A stretch of DNA of 58,891 nucleotides, filler included. It is 3 parts of 3 records of this genome, joined end to end, with 100 filler letters (N's around TTAATTAATTAA, not from the genome) between each part and the next. Parts side by side here need not be neighbours in the genome. Positions count along the whole stretch, not along the records: positions 27,226 to 49,674 come from DRR378314_599; positions 49,775 to 58,891 come from DRR378314_609; 1 more part is not named here. The stretch is one strand, 5' to 3'. Position numbers and translations under genes: made by a program. The number at the start of each line of letters is the position of its first letter. The first letter of the stretch is position 1. Positions 47,101-58,488 of the stretch are shown piece after piece. The notes below the pieces were generated by a model, which did not search any database, was not told the origin of the DNA, and saw only the letters and a program-made list of their open reading frames with translations.

Positions 47101-47965
47101 AACCAGAACGGCACAGGAAGTCATGTGTAGCGACGAGAAGGGTGTTTACATCATGTGCGTGTGAGAGGGTGCGTCTTTACTTTCTCAACGTGCGAAATCA
47201 CGCGACCGGACGTTGTGCTGCTGGTATCTCGCCGCTGTCCCGCTCCCACTCTCCTCGCGGCATCGTGTGGACGAAATTTTCTGTGCAGCTGCCGATTGAG
47301 GTCGTGTGAGGACCCAAAATTCAAGGAGGAGGATCGAGATTTGCTGTTTTGGCATAAAATTCTTTTGTGTGGCTGCTATGGTCACGGCGTTGGGAAGGAC
47401 ACGCGTGTTTACGTGTTTCGTCTTCTTTCTGCGCTCTCATCGCTTCTCCTGTGCCCCTTGGGCGCGCCGCGCAGCGAGCGACAGTTTTGTGCAAGTCGAG
47501 CGGGGGGCAAAAGGCGTCGACGTGGTCAAAAAGGTTCTCGCAAAACTTCAGGATCGCACTCACGTTGCGTGGGAACGGGCCCGCGTGACTCCATGCGGCG
47601 AAGCTGTGCATGTGTTTTCGCATATTCGCCTCACAATGGAGATTTATCGGTGCGACTACTGCGAGGGCGCGGAGGTATCGCAGCAAGCCGAGCGCGAGCG
47701 CCGGGAGCGCATTGCTGCCATTCCAACCGTAAAATCCGAAGCACCAGAAGTGCGGCCGAAAGCAGAGGTTGCGGTGTCTGAGACTGATGATGTGGTCAGC
47801 GGTAATCTGCGAATGTTTTCGCTGCACGCGAGCTCACGTTCGCAGGGGCTAACGTCGTTGGCGGAGAAAATGCTTGCTGCCGCGCAGCGCCAGCCGCGAG
47901 GAACGCTGGAGAGGTTCTGGAAGAAGCCGCGGACCGAAGCTACCGGGCAAGAGCAAAGCGAGTAG
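44161..47965 (+). CDS. MUTYH: A/G-specific adenine DNA glycosylase MutY/MUTYH, 7 exons
   Basis: Exons 44161-44343, 44516-44645, 44975-45111, 45617-45771, 46138-46189, 46754-47021, 47496(or 47475)-47965 join in frame. Motifs [30 protein letters not shown], Hh[18 protein letters not shown], 4Fe-4[24 protein letters not shown] loop. Confidence 0.93.
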
Positions 47966-48847
47966 TGTGTACATATAGTATCGTTTGAGAGATCTTCCAT
48001 GATGTTATGTACGGTTCTCACATGTGCGTATTTCTCACTCTGTGAGAGGGAAAACGAGGATCTGGAGCGAACCGCGGGCGGGCGCGAGCCGCTCTCACGT
48101 GGCAGGGCGAAGCATGTTCGCTTCCCTTCCCGCGGCCATACCGGGTACCACGCTCCCGTTTCACCACGATGTAAGCGCGTGGAATGGTAGCGCGGCGAGC
48201 TGCACCGTCGATGTCAATTTTCGCGTGCTCTGTGTGTACCCCTATATTCTTTGCTCCCCCTTCTCCCTGTGCATATGTCGCATCCTGGTGCACTTCTTCG
48301 ATGTCGCAGCCCGTGGTGCGAGTGCATTTTATCGAATGCACGTCCGTTGCGGTTTTGCGCAGGAAGCGCTGCCACGCGCGCACGCGCACTCTTGGTCTAT
48401 ATTGTGTGGAAATACGGAGTTTTGAATTCGTTTCTTTTTCTTGATGCCGGCGTGCTTGTGTGCTTGCGTTTTGTACTTCCAAGGAGGGCCGTGCGTTCTT
48501 TTGCAAGCGATCTACAGTTGCGCGCCGCTATCGACGGAATGCTTTAAGCACCATTGTGGCTGTAGTGGCCCGAGGATATGCGCTGCCAATCGTAGTCGTC
48601 TAGGCTGGAGAACGATGGATGTGAATTGTTGGCGCTGGCGACACTCGAAGGCTGGTTTTGCGGCGAAAAAGCTCTTCGAGTAAACGGCGCGCCACCTGGC
48701 ACGATTTCGCGAGTGAGAAAGCAGCAATATCATGTACTGCGAGACGTTCAGCGCGAGTGCATACCCTCGGGAGAAAAGAAGAGGAAAAAATACAGGGCAT
48801 ATCAAAAAATTGAAAACGAGAATCCTTTCCGCAGTACAGGAGAAGAG

Positions 48848-49150
48848 CTACGCACTGCTGTCCTCTTGCAGTGGGGCGCGCGGGGATTCCTCCGTCTCAG
48901 GCTCTTCCGGGATCGTTGCCGCCGGCGCCGACGCCGCTCCCGCTTTGAGTATCGACTTGCGCCGTCGCAGCGTGCTCAGTTGCCGCATCATCATGACCCC
49001 ACGCACGACCGTCCGAAGCCTGCGCACGTGCTTGGCGTGCGCCATACGCGATACGATATCTTCGCGTGGCTGCTCATTGAGCGCGCCCGAGTCGCTTATG
49101 AAGGGATGCTGCAGCGCCTCGCGGATCGTTATGCGTTTTCCCGGGTCCAC
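48848..49150 (-). CDS. Last exon of a Ca2+/calmodulin-dependent protein kinase-like gene
   Basis: After a ...gcgcag acceptor: VDPGKRITIREALQHPFI (kinase subdomain XI) followed by a basic amphipathic CaM-binding-like RRLRTVVRGVMMMRQL; upstream exons not identified before the contig end. Confidence 0.75.
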   Translation of the reverse strand: MDPGKRITIREALQHPFISDSGALNEQPREDIVSRMAHAKHVRRLRTVVRGVMMMRQLSTLRRRKSILKAGAASAPAATIPEEPETEESPRAPLQEDSSA

Positions 49151-49647
49151 CTGCGCCCGCACGCCCGCGCCGAAGGGAAAGAACACAGAGCACCCAAAAT
49201 AAGGAGCCGTTCGGGGATATGCTTTCGCACGCAGTAGCTGGGGACACTGGTGCTATGCTCGCCGGACTGTAGCTGCGAATAGTCTTGGCTGCCAGTCTGT
49301 GCTTTGCGGACGACCTCGCCGGGGGGCGGCAATCCTCAATCTTGCGTGTAAACATCGCAACCGTGGTCGGTATCCCACGCAGGGTGTCGACGCAGCGCTG
49401 CTCATGTTCGTGTGGAGCAGCAGAAGCGAGATGCGATGTGGGCTCCGGGAGCACCACATGTGCAGCGTGCGAAAGCCACGTCGCGCAAACATGCAATGGG
49501 AACGGCGTCCAGAGGAGGTTTTGGTGTTGGGACCGTTGCTCACATAGCAATACAAGATGGGAAGGGGGGGAGAAGAAAAGAAACAAGCGAGGGAGCCAGG
49601 AGACGCACACAAGCTAAGCAGGAAGTCGTTCCAGCGAACAAATATAC

Positions 49648-49673
49648 CATCATCATCATCATCATCATCATCA
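49648..49673. repeat. (CAT)8 microsatellite at contig end
   Basis: Read directly. Confidence 0.95.
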
Positions 49674-49674
49674 G

Positions 49675-49774
49675 NNNNNNNNNNNNNNNNNNNNNNNNNN
49701 NNNNNNNNNNNNNNNNNNTTAATTAATTAANNNNNNNNNNNNNNNNNNNNNNNNNNNNNNNNNNNNNNNNNNNN
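49675..49774. other. Artificial contig-joining spacer (44 N + TTAATTAATTAA + 44 N)
   Basis: Same 100-nt design as 27126-27225. Confidence 0.98.
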
Positions 49775-49804
49775 AGGCACGGGGTTCGATTCCCTGCATG
49801 TCCA
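49775..49804 (+). tRNA. 3' fragment of a tRNA gene, probably tRNA-Ala (truncated by contig start)
   Basis: AGGCA variable loop; T-arm CGGGG-TTCGATT-CCCTG; acceptor 3' strand CATGTCC with U70 and A73 discriminator (Ala identity elements); no encoded CCA. The anticodon is not in the window. Confidence 0.75.
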
Positions 49805-49814
49805 TTTTTTTTTT
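49805..49814 (+). terminator. RNA polymerase III terminator (T10)
   Basis: Oligo-T run immediately after the tRNA discriminator base. Confidence 0.7.
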
Positions 49815-50599
49815 CCTTGTTCCAACCCCAGCACATACGTTGCTACTTTTGTCTTGCCGATACTGTCTGCACTTTTCACTTATTATTGAAGTTCAAGGAT
49901 GGACACTGGGGGTTTATTGTAGACGTCGTCCCTGTATTCTAAGATGGGGAAAACGTACGTATACGAAAGGAGGGGTGTGCTTCTGTAAGACTTTTGTAAC
50001 ACGAATGCGTCGCAGGTCAATATCGGGAATGCCAGAAGATTCGCGCAAACGCATGCGCATTTGCTCTGGCAGTCGCCTCTGTGCTACACGAACGCGAAGC
50101 TGTTACATCCTGTTCGATCCAACGGAACGGAGCGATGGTGTAGTCTTTGCTCATCTTATTCTTTTATTCACGCATTTCAGTCTTGCCCTAGGTACGCAGG
50201 GAATTCTGTGCGGTACCAACGCGAGCTCGATCAGCTTGGAAACGCCATCGCGCCCACCTCGTCACCGTGCCGCAGACGGCTAAAGCGCACAGCGGAACGA
50301 CACATCTGCGTTTCCCTCGATATTAGACCTAGTTCGTATAGGGAAAGCAATGACGCCCCCCTACTGCGCGGGATTGCGACCAGTGCGCTGAAACAATGCA
50401 GCTCGCTTGCACGTGCAAAACGAGGAAAAATTACATGGGAGATAAAGGTGCGTCTTGCAATGATTGTTGAAACAAGGCAGCGAAATTCTTTCCGTCGATG
50501 CGGACTTCATGGCGCAGCGGCGCTCCCAGTGGTGCGTCGCAGCGCGTCGAGACGGCACGCAAGCGCGGAGCGCCGCTGGCAAAGGGCTAGGCGCACGAA

Positions 50600-53500
50600 C
50601 TACATATCCCCTCCGACGAACGAGCTGTGCTCGCCACGGAAGACTGCTGTTGGTGCATACTCTGCCTCTTCTTCCGCGTCGGAATCATCGAGCTGCGGCG
50701 CCGTGATTTCTTCGTCCTCCTCATCCGACAAATCGCTGCTGGAGTGAGCCCGACGCCCCGACCACCACCGCCCGCCTTCCCGACGTTCGCGGCTTCCTCG
50801 TTGGCGTACTCTAGCGTACCCAGATTGCTTCCCCAATGCGCGCCTTGCACCGCTCTTCCGCGATACGAAAAACGTCAATACCAATACACTGACAAGTGCG
50901 ATGGTAATGCTCTGACTATGCCGTGACACAGCACGGAGGAAGTTCGGCCGCGACTCTGGTGCGAGCAGCGACGAGTACGACAGCGTCCCGACAAACGCGC
51001 GGTACTCCCCGGCGCGCAAATCGACAGGACCCAGAACATCGACCGCCCCTCCAGTATGCATCAGGCTGGAATCACGAGCGGGTATCCCCATATCCTGCTC
51101 CTCCTCCTCCTGCTGCTGCTGATGCTCGATTTCGCGCGACTGCATACGCCAGACGCTACCAAGGAGTGAGGTTTCGCGCACATTGTCGATGACAAACGGA
51201 GGCTCGAAGAACGGCTCGAGCAGGACGGGAACCGCCTCGTCTATCGACGGTTTCGTCACGTTTGCCACCGCACGCACATGCAAAATGACTTCTTGCGACG
51301 CCGGCACTGACACAGACGATACCATGGCAAAAGATTCCAAGTATATGCGATCATCGAGCTCGAACATGGGATCAGAGCCTTGTGCGCGGTGCACTGCGAG
51401 CCATTGCGCTCGATCGTGGATCGGCCGCAGCGCAAACGCGAGCACCGGGTGCCGCAGCTGCCGCGACGCACGCGCGAGCACCGCGCCCTCGTCTTCACCG
51501 GCGCCAAGCAGGTACACCACGCGGACCTGCTCGGCGCCGGCGGGTGCTGCTTGACGGGGATCTATGGTGCTATCAACGCGCGACGAATGCATGCGCTGCG
51601 CGGCACCGTCGCTGAGGAGCTCGATTTGTCCCGGCCCGCGCGCCAGCGTGCCCGTGGGCGCATCGACGAGCACGGCGAGCGCGACCGGCGCGCCCGGCAC
51701 GAGCGCCGTCGACGTGACTGGCACCACAGATGCGGCAACCTCCGCGCTGGAGCCACACCGGGGAGTCACGGACTCGAAGTGAACACCATTGTCCACGTAG
51801 TACTGTCCGCATGCCGCGTCCGTGCGCGAGCCGGCGCTGCTGGCCAACAGCGACGACGCCTGCGTTCCCGGCACCGAGGGCGCCTCCTCGACGACCTCTA
51901 CGGAGCGCGCGCCGCGCAGGACGCGGTACGTCTGCGCCGCACGCGCGCCGCGGTGGCGAACAACAGCCCCCGTGCTTGAATCTCGAATTGTATACACACA
52001 TAGTGAGTCATCAAATACTTGCTCGAGCTCTTCGCTCTGCGCCGTCTTCGTAATTCGCACGCGCAGGCGCGGTGCTGCGCCGCTGCACACTCGCTCGCAC
52101 GTCAGGGTGTCTGGCGTCGAGCGGTGCGCGGTAGAGGACGCACCGGCGCCGCCAACTGTCGCACTGCCTTCGTTCCACACTGCACTGCGCGATGCAGCAA
52201 TGCGCTTGTAAATCTCACACTGTACCTGCTCGTCGTCGTGAAGCTGATACCGAACCGGAAGTCCTATGGGTGCAAACTCGCGTTCAAGAAACTGCGAAGC
52301 AGCGACTGGGTACAGTAGAAACTCGTGGCGCGTCCTGACTGCCTCCCGAGCATCGATTCCCTGTTGCCGCAGAGCAATACTGTGCAGCGAAAAGGCCGAT
52401 GGAGACGAATGGCTAGTACCAGAGGAGGGAAATTCGTTACGATCGAAATGTACGGCTATCTGGTCGTTCTGTAGTACTACATGTCCACCGCCCTCTGCTT
52501 CGCTTCGTCGGCCCGAGAGCGAGAGCGCACGCGGAACACCAAACACACTGCGGTTTACACACGAACTAAACGAGCACCACAGCTCCGCGCGCGCCATCGG
52601 CTCACTCTCCTCCAATAATTTCTCATCTACCGCATCAGATAGAATCTTGCTACCAGACTTGCGCGCGGTGAACGAGAGAAATACCGTCCGGAAACCAAAC
52701 GGTGGAATATTCATTGGCGGGAGAACAAGCCGCACTACATTCTCATTGTCCCCGTCCTGTGTCGCCGTCAAGGAAAGCGGATGTAGCGAATGCTCGATAT
52801 CCTCACCATCAGCAGTTTGTACGCGAAGAAGCGCAGAGAGAGGTAGATCGTGAATCGTTAACACAGTGTGTGTATCCTTGGTTTTCCAAGAGGAAGGATT
52901 CCACAGCACGAGGGGGATCTCACCCTCTCCGATCCCCACGCTCTTTCCGTCGATGACGTCCTTGCACAATGCAACCGCGGAGTTTTCTTCCTTCGAGACA
53001 CACAACAAAGTGGCGCGATCGTTCTGATTCTGCATGTTGCTATGTTCCTGTATCACATTCGTTGTATGATCACCGGTACGATTCGCCTGCGGTGCCCGTG
53101 GACGGCGCACAAGGTCGTATACAGACGACTCCGCAGCGAGACGCGCGAAACGCGCAGCTGCGCCCACGCTCGCGTGCACGCTTGCGTCCGAGTTGGCATC
53201 CTCTGCTTCGCGCCGCTCGTTCTGAGAAAGGGACGGCGCGGGCTCAGAAACGATTGATAAATGATCATGCGATGATAAAATTCGATGCACCTCCACCATT
53301 TGTTCTTGAGCCTCTTTCAGGTTCGCAGTGTGACGGCGTAGCTGCGGCGCGCTCGAGGTCCCTTTTTCGTCTTCCTCTTCTTCGGCGGCCACCAGCGCGT
53401 CACGAAGGGTAGACTCACACGAGAAACATGCGGCCGCTTCACGTTGCATCGCATCCTCGGCATCATCCTTTCTATGCAACTCTACCAACTGCTGCCCATT

Positions 53501-55069
53501 ATCAACGTGGGGAGTCTCTTTGTGCGCGAGAGCGGTTGTCTCGGCGAGCGCTACGAGAATCTCGGCGGATCGGCGCAGACTGTCCACGCGCCACGCAAGA
53601 CGCCGTTCACGTGACTTTGCAAAGAACTGTACGTTCCAGTACTCAGGACAACGAGATGATTGCAGTTCGTCCGCATTTTCTGTTTGCATGCAAGACGCAA
53701 ACGGCAGCAGAGGTTTGTCGTATCGCGGGATCTGGTTGTGCTTTGTGGTCGCTGGGATCTGCGCGCGCGACCCGTCAGAGTCGCTCGTTGCACGCGTCCG
53801 CTGGGCGAGGGCGCGAAAGTGCACCGATACACTCCCGTACACCACTGCGTCCTCGGCCAGCGCCTGCTCCTGCCGCAGAATATGCAGCGCAGCTTCAAGG
53901 CGCGCAAAGTCCGCGCGTGCGTCGCGGAAAAGGAACTCGTCTCCGAACGTGACGAGGATGACCCGCTCGCCGGGCTGCTCCCGCGCAGCTGCGCGCAGGA
54001 TATCCGCAAGGGTGCGCGCGTCGCGCCACGGCGAGGTCTGGCGCGCCGCCACCGAGTTCGATTCGCGATCGTAGCTGACGTAGGAAGAAGGAAGTGGATC
54101 AAAACGCGACACGTGCGTCAGGATCCCGTGTTCGCCTTCCTCGGGAGTCCACAAGAATGTTGATGTGGACGTCGGGGAGGGCGGAGGAAGTGGAACGCGC
54201 CGGGTTACCAGCGCGTCGAAGCCGAGTTTACGATACAGGGCGGCAATTCCAGCGCCAATACCAGCATTCTGCACGTCCCACGCAACCGTTGGTACAATAC
54301 CAAACGTTTGATATAACCAGTGGTGACCCATGGCTACATTGTCGAGTAGCGTGGTGTGCGGAGAGACGGCGTTCCCCGGCGCGCTCCACGTTCCGCCGAC
54401 AAAGACCAACTGGCCCCGTCGTACCAGTCGGCGGCACAGATCTTGCGCACGTGCGTCTTGCTTCGCCCACCACGATGAAAATAGCGAGACGGAAGACCAG
54501 TGAAAGATGCGCCGCTCATCTTCTTCCAGCGCTTGTATCACAGCGGTCAACAAATCGTGTGTTTGGACGGTCGTCTGTGACATAGCGGTCTTTCCTTCCG
54601 CGGCTTCGCATCGCGAGTATGGGGCGATGACGAAGCGCTTCGTTTGCAGAACGATGCCACCTGTCGCTTCCACGTCGCTGGCATCCTCGATGAAACGGAC
54701 AGCTTTCACAGCGGACAGCGTTTCCTTCTGTTCCTTGGTCAGAACTACTACCGCTGCGGTCAGCGGTCCCGAGTACACCGTTTTAATGGCGTCGGCCGCG
54801 AGGGACGGCAGCGCCTCCCGCAGCGCCGCGGTCGCATCGGAGACACTGCTGCTGTCCCAGTCGACGAAGTACCGCCCGGCTTCCTCGCCGCTCTGCACGA
54901 GAAGCTGAGCGCCAGAGCGGGCCGCTTGCGATCGTATTAGCGGCTCTGTATTATTCTTTGTAGCATAGCGATTGAAATTCCGAGGCTCACCATGGCAGAC
55001 CAGCGGTGAGAGTACGACCAGGACAAGGAAGGGCACATGGAGCAGTCGAGAGAGCGCCGGCGGTCGCAT
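50600..55069 (-). CDS. Intronless 1489-aa type I membrane protein: signal peptide, I9-like prodomain, degenerate GH38 alpha-mannosidase-like region, TM, acidic tail
   Basis: FHWSSVSLFSSWW...LVRRGQLVFVGGTW...GHHWLYQTFGIVPTVAW, FGDEF and LVLWNPSSW align by eye with GH38; hydrophobic N-terminus; TM ITIALVSVLVLTFFV near the C-terminus. Confidence 0.8.
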   Translation of the reverse strand: MRPPALSRLLHVPFLVLVVLSPLVCHGEPRNFNRYATKNNTEPLIRSQAARSGAQLLVQSGEEAGRYFVDWDSSSVSDATAALREALPSLAADAIKTVYSGPLTAAVVVLTKEQKETLSAVKAVRFIEDASDVEATGGIVLQTKRFVIAPYSRCEAAEGKTAMSQTTVQTHDLLTAVIQALEEDERRIFHWSSVSLFSSWWAKQDARAQDLCRRLVRRGQLVFVGGTWSAPGNAVSPHTTLLDNVAMGHHWLYQTFGIVPTVAWDVQNAGIGAGIAALYRKLGFDALVTRRVPLPPPSPTSTSTFLWTPEEGEHGILTHVSRFDPLPSSYVSYDRESNSVAARQTSPWRDARTLADILRAAAREQPGERVILVTFGDEFLFRDARADFARLEAALHILRQEQALAEDAVVYGSVSVHFRALAQRTRATSDSDGSRAQIPATTKHNQIPRYDKPLLPFASCMQTENADELQSSRCPEYWNVQFFAKSRERRLAWRVDSLRRSAEILVALAETTALAHKETPHVDNGQQLVELHRKDDAEDAMQREAAACFSCESTLRDALVAAEEEEDEKGTSSAPQLRRHTANLKEAQEQMVEVHRILSSHDHLSIVSEPAPSLSQNERREAEDANSDASVHASVGAAARFARLAAESSVYDLVRRPRAPQANRTGDHTTNVIQEHSNMQNQNDRATLLCVSKEENSAVALCKDVIDGKSVGIGEGEIPLVLWNPSSWKTKDTHTVLTIHDLPLSALLRVQTADGEDIEHSLHPLSLTATQDGDNENVVRLVLPPMNIPPFGFRTVFLSFTARKSGSKILSDAVDEKLLEESEPMARAELWCSFSSCVNRSVFGVPRALSLSGRRSEAEGGGHVVLQNDQIAVHFDRNEFPSSGTSHSSPSAFSLHSIALRQQGIDAREAVRTRHEFLLYPVAASQFLEREFAPIGLPVRYQLHDDEQVQCEIYKRIAASRSAVWNEGSATVGGAGASSTAHRSTPDTLTCERVCSGAAPRLRVRITKTAQSEELEQVFDDSLCVYTIRDSSTGAVVRHRGARAAQTYRVLRGARSVEVVEEAPSVPGTQASSLLASSAGSRTDAACGQYYVDNGVHFESVTPRCGSSAEVAASVVPVTSTALVPGAPVALAVLVDAPTGTLARGPGQIELLSDGAAQRMHSSRVDSTIDPRQAAPAGAEQVRVVYLLGAGEDEGAVLARASRQLRHPVLAFALRPIHDRAQWLAVHRAQGSDPMFELDDRIYLESFAMVSSVSVPASQEVILHVRAVANVTKPSIDEAVPVLLEPFFEPPFVIDNVRETSLLGSVWRMQSREIEHQQQQEEEEQDMGIPARDSSLMHTGGAVDVLGPVDLRAGEYRAFVGTLSYSSLLAPESRPNFLRAVSRHSQSITIALVSVLVLTFFVSRKSGARRALGKQSGYARVRQRGSRERREGGRWWSGRRAHSSSDLSDEEDEEITAPQLDDSDAEEEAEYAPTAVFRGEHSSFVGGDM

Positions 55070-55581
55070 GGCCGCGACAATAGACGCGCAGTCTAGCGCC
55101 TGTCCTCTGGAGAGTCCTCAGTCCGCCTTGTACCTGCAACACACCAGTCAATTAGCAAGTGTACGCGTTGTCACTTTGTGCACAAATTGTAAACGTGATC
55201 TGCCTTTGCTAGAAACAGCGACAATCACAGCAGGGCGGAGAGGAGCCTGGGCAAGCGGGAGCGCGCACGCGACAGGGCTCGTCGTACACTAGGGGGATTT
55301 CGCATGCCCGCACAGCGCGCACTCCAGCGGACCCCGCCGCACGCGCCGCACGCGCGCCGATTCTCGCGCGAAGAAGCACGCACGATACGCTACATGGCAC
55401 CTGCGCTTGCATTCTACACACACTGCTTTCCGAGAAACGCACAAAAGACGAGCTTAGCGCGACTCCGACGGACTGCCGGAACGGTGCACAGTCAAGGCCA
55501 TCCGCATAGCCGTGCTCGCTGAGAGGGTGCTGCAGCTACTTGATCGTCTCGTGTGTGCTCTGGATTTCCATCAAGTGCACT

Positions 55582-58488
55582 ATGTATAGCCAAAAGAATG
55601 CAACAGAAAATTCTATCATGTGTGCACTTTGTGCCAAGAACGATGCTGTGAGTCTTCGCAAAGTTCTGAGCGAAGGTGCTGATCCAAACTTTCCCGGAGA
55701 TGGAGGCTGGTACGCCACGGACTGTCCTGGTCTCTCGGACAGAGCGAATTTCCTATGGCGAAGCTGCAACTGGCTATGGACGGTTTTTAGGAAATATCTG
55801 CATCGCCACTCGATTGCATGTACCAGAAATGTACATGCGATGTACCCTACTCGTTGGCCCGTGGCTACATTAGGTCGTAGCGCAGCTCGTTTCGAGGTGC
55901 CTACAGTCCGCCGACCCCGACTCAGTTTCATGGCACGCGACTCCGTTGGCACCTTTCGCGCCGCTTCCACAAAGAGGAGGCGTTCGGTCAAGGACCAGAG
56001 TTGCACTGACAGTATCGCAAACACATGTACTTTTTAGCGCTTGACAAAGCTTGGTTGCTCTCGCGCGATCAAGTGGAAAACCCCGCTGTATCCACTTCTG
56101 CTGGAGCGCTGGGAAACGGCTGCTGCGCTCTACGAGCTCAGAGGTGCGCTCTTCGTCCGGCGTTCCGGGGCGTATTTTGTTCCCACAGGTATCCTTTGGC
56201 AAAGGCGTGCGCAACGCTCGCCACTGAATCAGCGCATGCACTTCTCACATATCATGCAAAACCGAACCAAATTGATGACCACGAGCATACACCGCTTCTC
56301 TGGTACGTTGGCACTGTACGCCAACGCCGCTCGCTCGCCAACGAAGCAGGACGCCGCGTGCCCGTCGCTCCTGCGCGGCGCAGCGAGACAGGGAGCACGA
56401 GCCCGTCTGATCTCAGCAGGACGGGATTCCAAATTGCAGAGAGAGCACGATCGCACGGGATCACTTGTATCTGGGCGACCGCTCTGGTGAAAGCGCCCGG
56501 CGCTAACACAGCGCTGGTTCCTGTCGCATCCGCGACCGCTCGTGCCACGCGCCGCAGGTGCATCGAGGCGGTCTGCGGCGGCGCGCGGAAAGGCCACGCC
56601 GGACGCCTATTCGCAGAACTCGCAACCTCTCTTGTACAAGCGGGCGCCAATGTCAACTACCGTTCCAAATCTACCGGCCTCAGTCTCCTCTTCCACGCGG
56701 TTGTGCGCAAGTGTCTGCCTGCTGTGCGCTTCCTCGTGTCAGTACACTGCGATCCGAACATTCCTGATCTCGCGGGCAAGGTAATGTGGAGGAATGGTCC
56801 GCAGGCGCGCGTCTCGCCCTCGCACATACGGCACGCAGAACGCGAGCCGCCACAACATATTGTATGGGAAGTACGCGGAACTCATGGAACACTTCCCTCG
56901 CCTGGTGCGCGCGTACATGTGTGTCTATGTACTCCTTGTTGCGTATTTGGTGCGCATGGGTTGCGTTGGCGTCTTTCGCCAGACCCCGATCCAGTATGCA
57001 GTGGAGCGCGGATACTACGACATCGCGCACGCTCTCCTCCAGTACAGTCGCTGCGAGTGGAAGAGCAGCGGCGGTGCGCAGCGCAGTGTCCCGCTTGCGT
57101 ACCGCGCGCTCCTCTCTCCGCACAGCGAGCGCATGCTCGATCTTGTTGCAGCGCATGGGGCCGATGTGCATCTGGTGCTCCTGGGGACGCAGCGTACGCT
57201 ATTGCACGTTGCAGCGCTGCGTGGACGCGTGGACGCGGTGCAAGCGTGTCTGCGGTGCGGCGTCGCGCTGGACGCCGTTGATGCGCAAGGTTCGTTCCTG
57301 CAAGGGCACCAGCACCGTGAGAGCTGCTACACATAGACGGGGTATGCTATAGACGCAAACTTGCTTCTTTCAGTAGCTGCATTCACCACTTCCGTGTAAG
57401 AGCGTGAACGAGAACGGAGTAAGAGGGCGAGGGAGAGCATGGCGTGTCGTTTTCTTTCACTGCAGCATGGGCGCCCATGCGGCACCAACACAACCGCAAA
57501 GCTGTCCTCTCGCGCACATGCATGGGTACAGCATCCAATGATTCCATTCATCACTCGTATAGAATAAAGTTCGCGTATGTAGGCGATGTGGTTGCATATT
57601 TTCTTGCGTTTGTCACGCGCACTACCATTCGGTTCGTACCTTGGGAAACGCCGCGCACAGTGGAGACGGCCCGCAGCTTTTCCTCACACTGCTTATTCCT
57701 TGCTTTCCTGTGCTTCCATGTATGCATCCCCATACATGTCATTGCGCATCTCTTCGGCATGGAACTACCATTATCCACGTACACAGGGAAAAGAGCGGTT
57801 GATTACGCGCGCGAAGGCGAGCACCAAGGTGTCGTCGAAGCTCTTCGCGGTGAGGCTGCCGCGAGCATGGTGGCGCTCGCAGCACCGGAGACGTCCATCC
57901 GCGCACGCCGATCGCCCTCACCCCTCACAGGCGATGATAGACGATCAATAACGAGTCATGATGATGCAGTGCAAGTGTTCTGCGAGCGGCGAGAGGTGCA
58001 TGGGGCCGCAACCCAGACGGATAGCTCGTCGGCGCCGGCGCAAGAACCGACTCTTAGCGAGCAACTACGACAGCGCGACGCACAGCTCGAGGCAGTCCGC
58101 GGCGAAATGGAGAGCCTGCTGCGCGCGTACGAGAAGGCCCGTCAGGAAGTTGATGAGAGCGTTGTATACAAGGAGCAAGTGAATATGCTGTGCGGCGAAA
58201 TCGAGCAGCTGCGCGCGCGTGTTGCAGCGTACGACGAGAGTGTACGCGACCTTCGGGCCGCGCGCGAGTCGCTGGCGAGCGCGCAGCGCGAAAAGGACGA
58301 GATTGTGGACAAACACCAAAGCGAGATTGCTGCACTAGAAGCGCAGCTGGCACACCAACGAGACCGCGTGGAAGAGCTGAGCGCGATTGGGACAGAGCGT
58401 GCCGAGGTCGAAGCGCGCGCGGAGGAGCTGCGTGCGCAGCTGCGCGCTGAGGCGTCGCGGCGCGCGTCGGTCGAAAAGCAGCTGCAAG
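55582..58488 (+). CDS. Ankyrin-repeat plus coiled-coil protein, multi-exon, 3' end probably beyond the window
   Basis: Exons 55582-55709, 56189-56302, 56558-56780, 56983-57289, 57787-58488 join in frame with GT-AG ends. Ankyrin motifs GADPN, HTPLLW, GANVN, KTPIQYAVERG, TLLHVAALRG; then E/R/Q/A-rich heptads. Confidence 0.8.

Noticed and set aside
28664-57786. Introner-like repeated introns or a non-standard genetic code
   Set aside because: Introns share no visible sequence beyond splice signals, and all spliced models translate without internal stops in the standard code.
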